From the sequence record MW384823.1: a stretch of 64,000 bases of DNA, one strand, 5' to 3'. The notes under the pieces were generated by a model. It searched no databases. It saw only the letters and a program-made list of their open reading frames with translations, and was not told where the DNA came from. A program made the translations under genes and the position numbers. Shown piece by piece: positions 37,180 to 46,447 of the stretch; positions within the stretch are counted from its first letter, which is position 1, and each line of letters begins with the position of its first letter.

Positions 37180-37821
37180 ATGAATTTATTTAATGCGGCT
37201 TTCACCAAATTACTGACAGAGAAAGACAACCGTGAATTTGCAAACGTTTGTCGTATCGCAATTCGCTCCACGTTGAAAGTAAAAACAGTTCCCTATCAAT
37301 GCTTCACCATCACACCCGAACTTGCTGCGGAGCAAAACTTTAAGCCTGTTACTGTTCCTGAAAATTCCATGACGCCCAGTCTGGAACATCTTCGGGACAT
37401 GATGCAGACCGCGTTAGAAGAATCTCTGACGTCGAACGGGATTACCTACACCGTAGCAAAAGCTGTGATTAGCTGTGGGGTAAATAGAATGCCCGGTTAC
37501 AACCGGGAAAACTTTATCCCCATGGCGATTGTCGAAGTGTGTGTAATGAATGGCGAAGAGATTGTCTGTTGGAATCGCTGCATTGAAGAGTTGCGCGAGG
37601 AAGACAACAAAACGCAACATCCGAAACTGGAATGGGATCGTGTTTCATTCCCGACACCGGATACGGTAAACGATGATGAGCCTGTCCGGCTGCTGGGTGC
37701 AACGGATCTCGCTTTAATCTCAACCGGCAATGAGACGATTCGGGACTTTGCCAAAGAAGCCATCGATGCAGGCTGGAGCAGTGTCAGTATTCGCGGCACA
37801 CAGCTTCTGTTAATCAAATAA
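37180..37821 (+). CDS. hypothetical early protein (paralog group)
   Basis: 213 aa; PVRLLG...AGW...GTQLLLI. Confidence 0.75.
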   Translation: MNLFNAAFTKLLTEKDNREFANVCRIAIRSTLKVKTVPYQCFTITPELAAEQNFKPVTVPENSMTPSLEHLRDMMQTALEESLTSNGITYTVAKAVISCGVNRMPGYNRENFIPMAIVEVCVMNGEEIVCWNRCIEELREEDNKTQHPKLEWDRVSFPTPDTVNDDEPVRLLGATDLALISTGNETIRDFAKEAIDAGWSSVSIRGTQLLLIK

Positions 37822-37839
37822 GACTATCAAGGAGTAATC

Positions 37840-38439
37840 ATGTGCCAATTTCCAGATTTGCCCGATTTAGTAAGCGACCTGTCGCGTAATCCCGATGACG
37901 TAACGTATACTGAACTGGAGCGCTTCCTACCGGATGCTACCACCGACTTATACGTTATCGCTGACCCGGATGATGTCGACTCCGTTAAAATCATCCGTGC
38001 CCAAAACGCAGGGTTTTCAAAACATCTGTTGGGTAAAGTGTTTACCGAACTGAACGGCACGGCGGTTATCACCACCGAGCGGTTACGCGTCGAATCCACC
38101 GTCATTCGTCTACACAGCGAAGGTATTCGTGTGCCAGGGGTTTCCCTGTACTACAAACCGGAACTGTTTGCTGACAACGATGGACCCATTGAAATACACC
38201 TTGTGCTTCGCAAAGACTGGGAAGAGACATGGGCTGCCGTGGAGCATGACAAGTATCCCGATGTTGACGACGTTACACGTAACGCCCCGATGAAGCTGTT
38301 GGGGCCAAACGAGTTGCGTGCTATCTGTAGTAATCTAATTCCGCTAGAACACCAAGCCTATGTCGTCGCGAGACTGGCAAGACGTTATGGCTGGCGTCGT
38401 GGGATTCCCGCAGGTAATCAAGTGTGCTTAATCGGATGA
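37840..38439 (+). CDS. hypothetical early protein (paralog group)
   Basis: 199 aa; PMKLLG...YGW...GNQVCLI. Confidence 0.75.
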   Translation: MCQFPDLPDLVSDLSRNPDDVTYTELERFLPDATTDLYVIADPDDVDSVKIIRAQNAGFSKHLLGKVFTELNGTAVITTERLRVESTVIRLHSEGIRVPGVSLYYKPELFADNDGPIEIHLVLRKDWEETWAAVEHDKYPDVDDVTRNAPMKLLGPNELRAICSNLIPLEHQAYVVARLARRYGWRRGIPAGNQVCLIG

Positions 38440-38981
38440 AAAATAAAATGATTGTAAAACAAATGAACAGCGGCGAAATCATGTTCAATTACGGTAAGGA
38501 GTTTCCGACCTTACAAAAATTACCTATCACCGGGGAATACATCGTCTTTGAAGATGATCACAAACCAGCAGTTATCTTCAAGTATGCCATGATGGCGGGA
38601 TCGCGCGTTTTCCTGCTTGAGTCCATCTTTACCACCAAAAGCGAGCTTCCTGCTCGTGAACTGTGTGCGTTTTGTCCCGGTGGGCCAAAACAGTTTTCGG
38701 TTATTTTTGTTCTTCCTCTTTCACTTACGGTCGAGGATAAAGACCCGTCGGGTTCCATTTGTGCACCCGATGGCGAAAACGGTTACAAAGGGATTAGCGA
38801 TGCGTTGATTTTGACCGATGCACACCACTTCTCGAACGACGACATTGACAAGTTACTGAAAGGTGCAGAAGGCCGTAATGTGGCTGTCTGCTATGGCAAT
38901 GACGTTCACCGTACAAAAGCGCTGCGCCATCTGGCGGAGCACCACAACTATTGTGTAGCAAAACACATCTATTCATTCTAA
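38436..38981 (+). CDS. hypothetical protein
   Basis: ATGA overlap with the previous stop. Confidence 0.7.
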   Translation: MKNKMIVKQMNSGEIMFNYGKEFPTLQKLPITGEYIVFEDDHKPAVIFKYAMMAGSRVFLLESIFTTKSELPARELCAFCPGGPKQFSVIFVLPLSLTVEDKDPSGSICAPDGENGYKGISDALILTDAHHFSNDDIDKLLKGAEGRNVAVCYGNDVHRTKALRHLAEHHNYCVAKHIYSF

Positions 38982-38991
38982 GGAGCAAGAC

Positions 38992-39555
38992 ATGCGCTAT
39001 GAAGCGTTTCACATCTGTAAACCTTCTACCTTCATTGAGTCACTGAAAGCAATGGAGGGCAACTCCCTCGTTGAAATGCGCCCGACGTTTTATACAGCGA
39101 CTCGTGAAGGGGCGCAAAAGATTGCCAAGCAGTACGGCAGTGTAACAATTATCCCGGTTACACTCAGCCTGTCGCGTCCGTTTATTAATGCACCGGAAGC
39201 GTCACGAATCACACTCGACTGGTTCTATGAGTTCCTTCCAGCCTATAAAGTGCTTGCGATCGCCGGTCGATTCGAGCACCTTTTAGTCAACACCAGCCGC
39301 TGGCAGGAACTTGAGGCCAGTCACGGGACACCACTCACACTGGCCGCTCTTTACGACCGAAGCCTTCAGGACTTCCTGACGTTACCTTTAGAAATCTGTG
39401 CATTAGCCGAAGATGGCGCGATACGGAACATGGTTTCGTCAATGGGGTTCGATGGCTTCATCTATGGTGGTAGCGGCGATGCTGAGGGGGAGGTGATCTA
39501 CTATCCCCTGAACACCGCCAGTATTCGCTATGGCAGTGAAGAAATGGTGAGTTAA
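38992..39555 (+). CDS. possible ADP-ribosyltransferase-fold (ART-PolyVal-like) protein
   Basis: AFH...FYTAT...A..Y...PVTLSLSRPF...GFDGFIY pattern; GGAG SD. Confidence 0.4.
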   Translation: MRYEAFHICKPSTFIESLKAMEGNSLVEMRPTFYTATREGAQKIAKQYGSVTIIPVTLSLSRPFINAPEASRITLDWFYEFLPAYKVLAIAGRFEHLLVNTSRWQELEASHGTPLTLAALYDRSLQDFLTLPLEICALAEDGAIRNMVSSMGFDGFIYGGSGDAEGEVIYYPLNTASIRYGSEEMVS

Positions 39556-39559
39556 GTCG

Positions 39560-39583
39560 TGGGGACGTTGTCCCCAATTTTTT
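39560..39583 (+). terminator. intrinsic terminator
   Basis: TGGGGAC-gtt-GTCCCCA plus T run. Confidence 0.6.
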
Positions 39584-39615
39584 ACAACAGCAATCTATAT
39601 TTTTAGGATAACATC

Positions 39616-40188
39616 ATGCTACAAATGCACAGCTATTTTGATACAGCTGAATTGGAACGTCTGCAACGTGAGGGGAAACTTCCCGTTGGACTATCTCTGG
39701 GCAGTATTCAGAAATGCATGAGCAACGGGGACGGGGTATTACTGGTATTCCGTTGTGCACGGTCATGGGATGTGAAAGCAGCCCTTGTCTCCCTGCCAAT
39801 CGGTGAAACCAAAAATACCCGCAAGGTGTTGACGGCGTTTTGCTCCGTCTACGAACTGCCCTCCGAAGCGTTCTATCACCACCTTGAATCAAACCACTTT
39901 GCCAGTGCCGAAGTTCATATCCCATCTTCCGCCTGCTTGACCGACGACTTCCCAGAATGGGTGGTCTATCGCCACGTACGACAAGCGCCGGGAGTACCAG
40001 ATGAAATGCGGATTCTAGAGCCGGGTATGGTTGATGTGGCGTTGGGGAATCTGGACGATAACGAACGGCCTGAGCGTATGGAAATCTTTGTGGCCCGTAA
40101 AGCCATTAAAGATGTCGGTAACAACATGCGTGGGTTAATTAAGCGCGGGTTCATCTCACGCAAGTTCATTTACCAGATCTCGCAGTAA
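39616..40188 (+). CDS. hypothetical protein
   Basis: 190 aa, AGGA SD. Confidence 0.7.
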   Translation: MLQMHSYFDTAELERLQREGKLPVGLSLGSIQKCMSNGDGVLLVFRCARSWDVKAALVSLPIGETKNTRKVLTAFCSVYELPSEAFYHHLESNHFASAEVHIPSSACLTDDFPEWVVYRHVRQAPGVPDEMRILEPGMVDVALGNLDDNERPERMEIFVARKAIKDVGNNMRGLIKRGFISRKFIYQISQ

Positions 40189-40194
40189 AAATAA

Positions 40195-40221
40195 TCTCAG
40201 ATATATATTACCTAGGTGAGA
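40195..40221 (+). promoter_or_regulatory. phiKZ-type early promoter
   Basis: TCTCAGATATATATTACCTAGGTGAGA; second copy of the 37107 motif. Confidence 0.7.
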
Positions 40222-40276
40222 GTTAGCTATTAACTCTTGCCTTTCTTTCGTTTTACCCTTTACAAGGATTAACATC

Positions 40277-40741
40277 GTGGATAAAGCAACCATTATTGCC
40301 ATTCGTAAACTGCTGGCGAACCGTACCAAAGTCGTCGCCCACTTCGAGAGCTTCAAAGATAAGCTTGACGAAGTGTGGAAAGCTGTACGTGAAGCAAATG
40401 GCGACGAACGTCAGTATAACGCAACGTCGCAGGAAGTTGTGTTCGCCATGAATCTGCCACCGGCCATGCGCGTCCACGTCATGGACGAATTCTGCGATTG
40501 GGCGGAGAGCCGTGCTAGAGAAGTTATCGGCCGCAACGAACTGTCCGAAAACGACGTTGAGATTGAAAACTACACCCGTTGCGCCGTTGAGCGTGTTGGT
40601 GACGGCGTGTTCATTAAGTTCACTGAAGAGTTAAGCGGCATTGAAACGCGTATCGAAGTCGCCTACGCCGAACTGGCCGGAATGATCGCACTCGGTTACA
40701 ACTTCAACAAAGAAGCACGTCTGTTCTTTACTGTCTACTGA
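40277..40741 (+). CDS. hypothetical early protein
   Basis: 154 aa, GTG start after AAGGA. Confidence 0.7.
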   Translation: MDKATIIAIRKLLANRTKVVAHFESFKDKLDEVWKAVREANGDERQYNATSQEVVFAMNLPPAMRVHVMDEFCDWAESRAREVIGRNELSENDVEIENYTRCAVERVGDGVFIKFTEELSGIETRIEVAYAELAGMIALGYNFNKEARLFFTVY

Positions 40742-40747
40742 TTCCCT

Positions 40748-40785
40748 GTGGTGACCCTCGCGGTCACCGCATCCTTAACTTTTTT
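40748..40785 (+). terminator. intrinsic terminator
   Basis: GTGGTGACC-ctcgc-GGTCACCGC, T run about 10 nt downstream. Confidence 0.5.
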
Positions 40786-40799
40786 AAGAGAATGAAAAA

Positions 40800-41183
40800 A
40801 TGCGCAAGCTCCTATCGACTATCGCGGTTGTATGTTTTGTACTGGCAGGCTTATCTAAAGTGGTGGAAGCGAACGATACCACGTTCGACAAATTCAAGCC
40901 CGCGGATGATACCTATCCGATGGCTCCCGATGAACACGCGGAGTTGCTTCGATTTCAAGGAGACATCTACGTGTACAAACTGGTGGGTTCAGATGGTAGC
41001 TGCCATGGAGTGGCCCTTGCAAATGGTCATACCCGCTTCTACCAACGTCTCGAAGATATCGGATGTGACCCAAATATCGACCATGTGTCCTTTGCCCCTT
41101 CTGAACTAGAAGGTTACCAAACGTTGAACTTCTACAGTAAAACAGTCGCCGTCGGGCGGATCACAATTAAAGCTCAGGAGTAA
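40800..41183 (+). CDS. exported protein with Cys pair (paralog 1 of 3)
   Basis: Signal peptide MRKLLSTIAVVCFVLAGLSKVVEA; GSC...GCDP. Confidence 0.7.
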   Translation: MRKLLSTIAVVCFVLAGLSKVVEANDTTFDKFKPADDTYPMAPDEHAELLRFQGDIYVYKLVGSDGSCHGVALANGHTRFYQRLEDIGCDPNIDHVSFAPSELEGYQTLNFYSKTVAVGRITIKAQE

Positions 41184-41187
41184 TATC

Positions 41188-41589
41188 ATGAAAGTTATCC
41201 TTACGCTGTTGGTTGCAACCCTGTTTAGTTTTGCCAATCTGTCTTACGCGAACACCAAACCTCGGTACCCCGACCACATCACCTACGAAAAGACCAAGGT
41301 CTCCTTCTGGTGTCAGCGTGAGGATATCAAAGCCGGTGATTGCGACGTGGTCTCCATGACCCCGGATGAAGAGTGGGTGTCCGTCACCGGCACTCCGGGT
41401 ACCGCATGTGAAGATACCCCTATCGGTATCGTGAACATGCGTACTGGCAAAGCACGCGATATTGATTACGACGGTGGGTGTAAGACCCAGACCCGTCCGC
41501 AGTTTGTACAGATGGCTGATGGCAAGATAGGCTTGCAGGTCGTCGATGTTAAAGCCAATTGGGCAATCACCACTGTTCCCCTGAACTAA
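41188..41589 (+). CDS. exported protein with 4 Cys (paralog 2 of 3)
   Basis: Signal peptide MKVILTLLVATLFSFANLSYA; GTAC...GGC; ends TVPLN. Confidence 0.7.
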   Translation: MKVILTLLVATLFSFANLSYANTKPRYPDHITYEKTKVSFWCQREDIKAGDCDVVSMTPDEEWVSVTGTPGTACEDTPIGIVNMRTGKARDIDYDGGCKTQTRPQFVQMADGKIGLQVVDVKANWAITTVPLN

Positions 41590-41599
41590 GGAAAGTCAC

Positions 41600-41989
41600 A
41601 TGCGCCACGTAGTTGCAGCTATCACCGGTTTCGTTTTCGCGTTAGCCGTTTCGTTTACTCCCGCCGCTTCCGCGTCAACGGATATCGGTGCTATCTTGCA
41701 GGAAATTCAGTATCAGTACAACCCACCGGATTTCGGTGTGTGTGAAAATGGTACCGTGGCGTGTAAAGAGGTCGGCAAAAAGGACGAGTTCATTCTCGTC
41801 CATGCTGACGGTGGCACCCACTGCCCTGCGGGATACTACTTCATCCTGAATTCCAAAGAGGGAATCATTGAGCCGGTCATCGCACCGACTTGTGACCCGT
41901 CTTTAAAGATTGGTTTCGCACACAGCAGTCGTGCCATCGAACTCGCCTTGTTTGGTAAAGTCTCAGGCACTGTTCCGCTCGACCGCTAA
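41600..41989 (+). CDS. exported protein with 4 Cys (paralog 3 of 3)
   Basis: Signal peptide ending AASA; GTHC...TCDP; ends TVPLDR. Confidence 0.7.
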   Translation: MRHVVAAITGFVFALAVSFTPAASASTDIGAILQEIQYQYNPPDFGVCENGTVACKEVGKKDEFILVHADGGTHCPAGYYFILNSKEGIIEPVIAPTCDPSLKIGFAHSSRAIELALFGKVSGTVPLDR

Positions 41990-42073
41990 CGGTTTGGCCC
42001 TGTAACGTTTTCCCCCTAAGATGTTATCCTGGTTGCAGGGTCCTTTTTATTCTTGACTATCGAGGTTTATATC

Positions 42074-42619
42074 ATGATTACTTCTATTACTACAGCTGTT
42101 AATACCGCCCGTCGTTATTTCGAAGTGAAAACTGCATACAACATTGACCGGTTCCGTTTCCAGTCAATGGTTTCAACCGCCCACAAACTGCTCACCCTGT
42201 CGGATGCGATTCGTCGCGATGGGGATGAGCAGGCGGTGGCGCTGGCAGAAAGTATCAGCCATCACTGGTTTACCAAAACGCTGGGTTCTAGCTTGTTTGC
42301 TGAGCACAAAGAAGTCTTCCTTGCAGTGCAGTCGTGGATATATGCGTCGGGTCATCAGTTTGACGTGTCGCAGAACCAGTATGCAACGGATGAGTATTGC
42401 CAATACATTCTGGTCTTACCCCCTGCTACATCGACGCCAAAGATTCTGAACATGACCAACTCAGAAATGGCCTTACCAGATTTCGTGCGCTCGGAAATGC
42501 ACAAAAAGGCAAACGGTGTGCTGCAAATTGGCAAGCGTCGTTTACCTATCTTTGATTTTACTCGCCGTGAGTGTGGACTGCCGTACAATATCGTGAGCGG
42601 ATATTGGCCGACAGTCTAA
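42074..42619 (+). CDS. hypothetical protein
   Basis: ATG after GAGG SD. Confidence 0.7.
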   Translation: MITSITTAVNTARRYFEVKTAYNIDRFRFQSMVSTAHKLLTLSDAIRRDGDEQAVALAESISHHWFTKTLGSSLFAEHKEVFLAVQSWIYASGHQFDVSQNQYATDEYCQYILVLPPATSTPKILNMTNSEMALPDFVRSEMHKKANGVLQIGKRRLPIFDFTRRECGLPYNIVSGYWPTV

Positions 42620-42625
42620 GTCGCA

Positions 42626-42658
42626 GAGGGTGGGGGCTATTGCCCACCCTCTTTTTTT
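42626..42658 (+). terminator. intrinsic terminator
   Basis: GAGGGTGGG...CCCACCCTC plus T7. Confidence 0.8.
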
Positions 42659-42676
42659 GCCCAAAAAGGAACCATT

Positions 42677-43252
42677 ATGTTTGATCAAGAGCTGTTAACC
42701 GCCATCCGTGTACTGGAGATTCAGGAGTCCCTCAAGAACGGCACCAGTGCGTTCATGATGGGATGTTCAAAAGGAAGCTTTGACATGTTCCGTCAACACC
42801 CAACGATTGGCCCATGGTTGGAACAAAAGTATCCCCACACACTGGCGGCGATTGATGCGTACTTCGAGGAACCTGTGGAAGAACGCAATATACACGAAGA
42901 TCCGTTCCGTTATCTCACCAATCAAGAAATGCCGGTGCGGGTGATGTTGGTGTCGAACACAGAGAACACCATTGAGTGTGAGTTCCCCAATTGGGACAAC
43001 GGTGAATCTCGTGTGGTGGTGATTCGTAATCCGGTCGGTTATCAGAGTGTTGGTGCGCCGGGCACGATCTACGATTTTCAGAATCCATCCACGCCTTATA
43101 TCGTGCCGGTCTTCTTGGGCGATAAGGCACCCCTCTATACGCACGACCTTGCGGTCATGATGACTCAGGTTACGCTGGAACTATTACAGTCGGAAGAAGG
43201 GGTTGCGTGGAGTAACATTTTGGCGGAGCGTTCAAAAGACGCCAACGCCTGA
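42677..43252 (+). CDS. hypothetical protein
   Basis: 191 aa, AAGGA SD. Confidence 0.7.
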   Translation: MFDQELLTAIRVLEIQESLKNGTSAFMMGCSKGSFDMFRQHPTIGPWLEQKYPHTLAAIDAYFEEPVEERNIHEDPFRYLTNQEMPVRVMLVSNTENTIECEFPNWDNGESRVVVIRNPVGYQSVGAPGTIYDFQNPSTPYIVPVFLGDKAPLYTHDLAVMMTQVTLELLQSEEGVAWSNILAERSKDANA

Positions 43253-43255
43253 CGT

Positions 43256-43288
43256 GGTGGCCTTCGGGCCACCTCATTTAATTTTTTT
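43256..43288 (+). terminator. intrinsic terminator
   Basis: GGTGGCC-ttcg-GGCCACC plus T-rich tail. Confidence 0.65.
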
Positions 43289-43342
43289 ACGTGAGTATTA
43301 GTGATTATGAAAGAACTACAACTAATTCATTAGGACCTCACG

Positions 43343-45856
43343 ATGCTGAAGGTTGAGCGCATTATTCTAAAAGGTTTTACGGGCATGGGATTGCACGAAA
43401 TCGAAACCTTTGATTTCACTCTCATGTCTGACGTGACCATCATCTTAGGGGGTAATGGTTGCGGGAAAACAAGTTTGCTGAATGTCTTCTTCCCGATAGC
43501 CCCACCGAAAACCGACTTCGTCGATGGAGGGGTGTACACCAATATCGCCCTCTGTGGCGACGACCGTTACGAGTTCAAAGTGAAACGTGACGGAAACAGT
43601 CTGGTTTGCTTTATCAAAAACCTGAGCAAAGATTTGGTGGTGTTGGATCATGCCAACGCCAAAGTGTATAACTCCCGTGTGCACGAGCTGACCGGCATTG
43701 ATAAAGAAGTCAAAGAACTCATCAACGGTGAAGCACTCCTGACCAACGGGAACACAGAGCAGCGTCGCAAGTGGTTTACCCGAATGTCCACTTCCGATTT
43801 GAGCTATGCGCTGGACTTCTACAAGAAGCTGCGCAAACAAGCCAGTCTGATGAACGGGGCTATTGACCATACCGCGAAAAAGATAGCGGATTTGCAAGTG
43901 CGGGTGTTGCACGACGATGAGGAGCGCAAATTACTCAGCGCACGCTTGGTCGAGATGGAGTCCGAACTCCGCCAACTCGATGAAGCCATCGCCGTCCTGC
44001 CAAACTTTGACGGGTCATCAAACCGGGATAAAATCGTCGCGTTCTTAAAGAGTCTGGAAAGTCAAGTCGCTAAGGTACTGAACGAACGCACTCTGCCGAC
44101 CGATTTGGAAATTAGCGTAGCAGAACAGACTCTCTCGGTGTGGAAAGAGTCTGCGGCTTCGGCGGATGCCACGACGGATGCGTACAGCCGTGAGTTGTCG
44201 ATTTTGATGGATGAGTCGACGCGTCAGGAATACCTGATGAAAAACCACACGGGACTCAAAGAGACGATTGAGAACCAATCTGCCGCCTTAAATGCTATGG
44301 TCAAGCACATCACCGCATGGCCAGAGTTAATCGAGGAAGGCACACTCAGCTCCCAGATGCTCATAAACGCGCAGAACGACCTCTCCCAGTGGACATACTC
44401 GTTATCCGGGTCGTTAGATGAAATCAACCATCCGTCGCGTCTGCGTGAAGCTGAGGGGCGTCTGGCGGAACATGACGCTATCTCTGCGGGGTTGCGTGAA
44501 CAACTTCAGCGGGCTGAGAATGTGTTGAACGGGTTAGAGCATGACCGTACGCATTTTATCGACACGCAAGAAGTGACGTGTCCGCGTTGTACCCACGTCT
44601 TTCGTCCCGGCATCAATGACAGCTTGGAGAACATCGAAGCGGCCATTCGTCGTGAAGTCGAAGTGTGTAAAGGATTGCGGACGAAGATTGAGACCCATCA
44701 GTCCACGCGCGGGGATATTGAAACGGACGTGGTGGCTAAACGCCGTATCCGTGACATTATCATGACGTACACGAAAGACCCGGTCGTGGGGCTGTTCTTC
44801 AAACGGTTGATTGTGGAAGAAGTCTTTACCATTAACCGTGACCGTTATGCCATGATGTCCGTGCAATTCTTCGAAGAACTGAAACAAGCGATTGAATACC
44901 GTCGGGTGTTTGAAGACTTGGTGAAGGCGAAGAAGGATTGGGATGAAGCGGTTAATGCTGTCGGAAACATCGACAGTGCACTGAGTGCCAAGATTGACCG
45001 TATCCGTGCGTTACTGGCGGAGTCCTCTCAGAAGCGCTCAGACGCGCAACGTGAGGTCGTGAAGTGGCGTGAAGAGTTACACCGTCTGAATGACGTGCGT
45101 ACGACTGTGGAGTTCCTGAGCCGCGCATTTACGGTTCTGGACACCATGATTGAAACGTCGACCACCAACGTCATGGTAACCTGCTTACAGACCAAGCGAC
45201 AATCATTACTGGACACCTATGCGGTGGCCCGTGACCGGTTCCGTCAAATGGACAGTGAGCTGCAAACCTTGGCTTCGTTGGAGTCGGAGCAGAAAGAACT
45301 GCAACACCGACAGAAAAACATTCGTCTCATGATTACCGCGTGGTCACCAGAGAAGGGTGTACTGAAAAAGTACATCTACAACTCGATTGTGCGTATCACT
45401 GAGATGATGAACCGTTACATCGGGGCAGTCTGGCAATACCCGATGAACGTGCTGCCGTGTGATGTCAGTGAAGGCGATTTGGATTACACGTTCCCGTACA
45501 CGCTAAAAAACAACCCAGACCCTGTGGTGGATGTCGTCAAAGGCTCCAAAGCACAGAAGAACATCTTTAACCTGAGCTACCGCTTGACCGCTTACAAAGG
45601 ACTGAACTTACGTCAGTATCCTTTGCTATTGGACGAGCCGTCGGAAGGAATGGATGAAGAACACAAGCAAGCACTTGTGGCTTTTATCAAGATGTTGGTC
45701 GAATCGGGGGAATTCTCTCAGGTGATTGTGGTTTCCCACGAACCCGAGGTGCATTCCAAGTTGAACGAAGCGACGTACTGTGTTGTTGAACCAACGGGTG
45801 TGACGTTACCCCCGGTTTACAACGTGGGCGTGAAAATCAAATACGCAGGTCAGTAA
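43343..45856 (+). CDS. sbcC: SbcC/Rad50-like SMC ATPase
   Basis: Walker A GGNGCGKTS; coiled coils; zinc hook CPRC; signature GSKAQ; Walker B LLLDEP; H-loop VVSHE. Confidence 0.9.
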   Translation: MLKVERIILKGFTGMGLHEIETFDFTLMSDVTIILGGNGCGKTSLLNVFFPIAPPKTDFVDGGVYTNIALCGDDRYEFKVKRDGNSLVCFIKNLSKDLVVLDHANAKVYNSRVHELTGIDKEVKELINGEALLTNGNTEQRRKWFTRMSTSDLSYALDFYKKLRKQASLMNGAIDHTAKKIADLQVRVLHDDEERKLLSARLVEMESELRQLDEAIAVLPNFDGSSNRDKIVAFLKSLESQVAKVLNERTLPTDLEISVAEQTLSVWKESAASADATTDAYSRELSILMDESTRQEYLMKNHTGLKETIENQSAALNAMVKHITAWPELIEEGTLSSQMLINAQNDLSQWTYSLSGSLDEINHPSRLREAEGRLAEHDAISAGLREQLQRAENVLNGLEHDRTHFIDTQEVTCPRCTHVFRPGINDSLENIEAAIRREVEVCKGLRTKIETHQSTRGDIETDVVAKRRIRDIIMTYTKDPVVGLFFKRLIVEEVFTINRDRYAMMSVQFFEELKQAIEYRRVFEDLVKAKKDWDEAVNAVGNIDSALSAKIDRIRALLAESSQKRSDAQREVVKWREELHRLNDVRTTVEFLSRAFTVLDTMIETSTTNVMVTCLQTKRQSLLDTYAVARDRFRQMDSELQTLASLESEQKELQHRQKNIRLMITAWSPEKGVLKKYIYNSIVRITEMMNRYIGAVWQYPMNVLPCDVSEGDLDYTFPYTLKNNPDPVVDVVKGSKAQKNIFNLSYRLTAYKGLNLRQYPLLLDEPSEGMDEEHKQALVAFIKMLVESGEFSQVIVVSHEPEVHSKLNEATYCVVEPTGVTLPPVYNVGVKIKYAGQ

Positions 45857-46029
45857 TGTATAATGCAGCGGTATCGATAGTCGGTTGGATTTGGACGGTG
45901 TTATACATCGTCTTTGGGGGAGGATGGGCGGTCGGTATCGCGACCGCCTCACTGTTCATGATTGCATGGCCAATGCCGTTGCGGTTTGCTAAGCGAGTAA
46001 AAGCAAAGTACAAAGGAGATAAGCCATGA
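45856..46029 (+). CDS. 57-aa membrane protein (not in ORF track)
   Basis: MYNAAVSIVGWIWTVLYIVFGGGWAVGIATASLFMIAWPMPLRFAKRVKAKYKGDKP; TAATG coupling to the SbcC stop. Confidence 0.6.
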   Translation: MYNAAVSIVGWIWTVLYIVFGGGWAVGIATASLFMIAWPMPLRFAKRVKAKYKGDKP

Positions 46030-46133
46030 TGTTCGATGTGTTGTTCACTTTAGGTTGTTTGTATCTTGTTGCACGTTCTCTGAACTGGGTGCTGAAGCGT
46101 GCTAAATTTAAAGGAGCCTTCGATGAAGTCTAA
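46026..46133 (+). CDS. 35-aa membrane peptide (not in ORF track)
   Basis: MMFDVLFTLGCLYLVARSLNWVLKRAKFKGAFDEV; AAAGGAG SD; ATGA overlap. Confidence 0.6.
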   Translation: MMFDVLFTLGCLYLVARSLNWVLKRAKFKGAFDEV

Positions 46134-46320
46134 GAAACCGAGCTGCGAGTGCACCATTACGTGGTGGGATGGTTTGGGTATTGTCGGGATGTTGTTGATA
46201 GTCCTTTTTTTGAAGTGGGATTGGTTTACCATGGCCATCGTCTCGCTCGAGATGTTTGTGCTCGGAATGCGCTGGGGGCGTAACCCATCGTACTTCAAAC
46301 CACTGCTGTTCTGGCGGTAA
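46123..46320 (+). CDS. small two-TM membrane protein
   Basis: MKSKKPSCECTITWWDGLGIVGMLLIVLF...; AAGGAG SD. Confidence 0.6.
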   Translation: MKSKKPSCECTITWWDGLGIVGMLLIVLFLKWDWFTMAIVSLEMFVLGMRWGRNPSYFKPLLFWR

Positions 46321-46325
46321 CTATA

Positions 46326-46433
46326 ATGACTAAGATCTTCAAAGGTCTACTTTGCTCCATCCTTTGCTTCGTTACTGGTACAAGTGCATTTGCCTTTGGG
46401 GCGGTGTATTCCTTGTGCATGGGATTGTTCTGA
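46326..46433 (+). CDS. 35-aa hydrophobic peptide (not in ORF track)
   Basis: MTKIFKGLLCSILCFVTGTSAFAFGAVYSLCMGLF; fills the gap between colinear genes. Confidence 0.45.
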   Translation: MTKIFKGLLCSILCFVTGTSAFAFGAVYSLCMGLF

Positions 46434-46447
46434 TATAGGACCAATTC

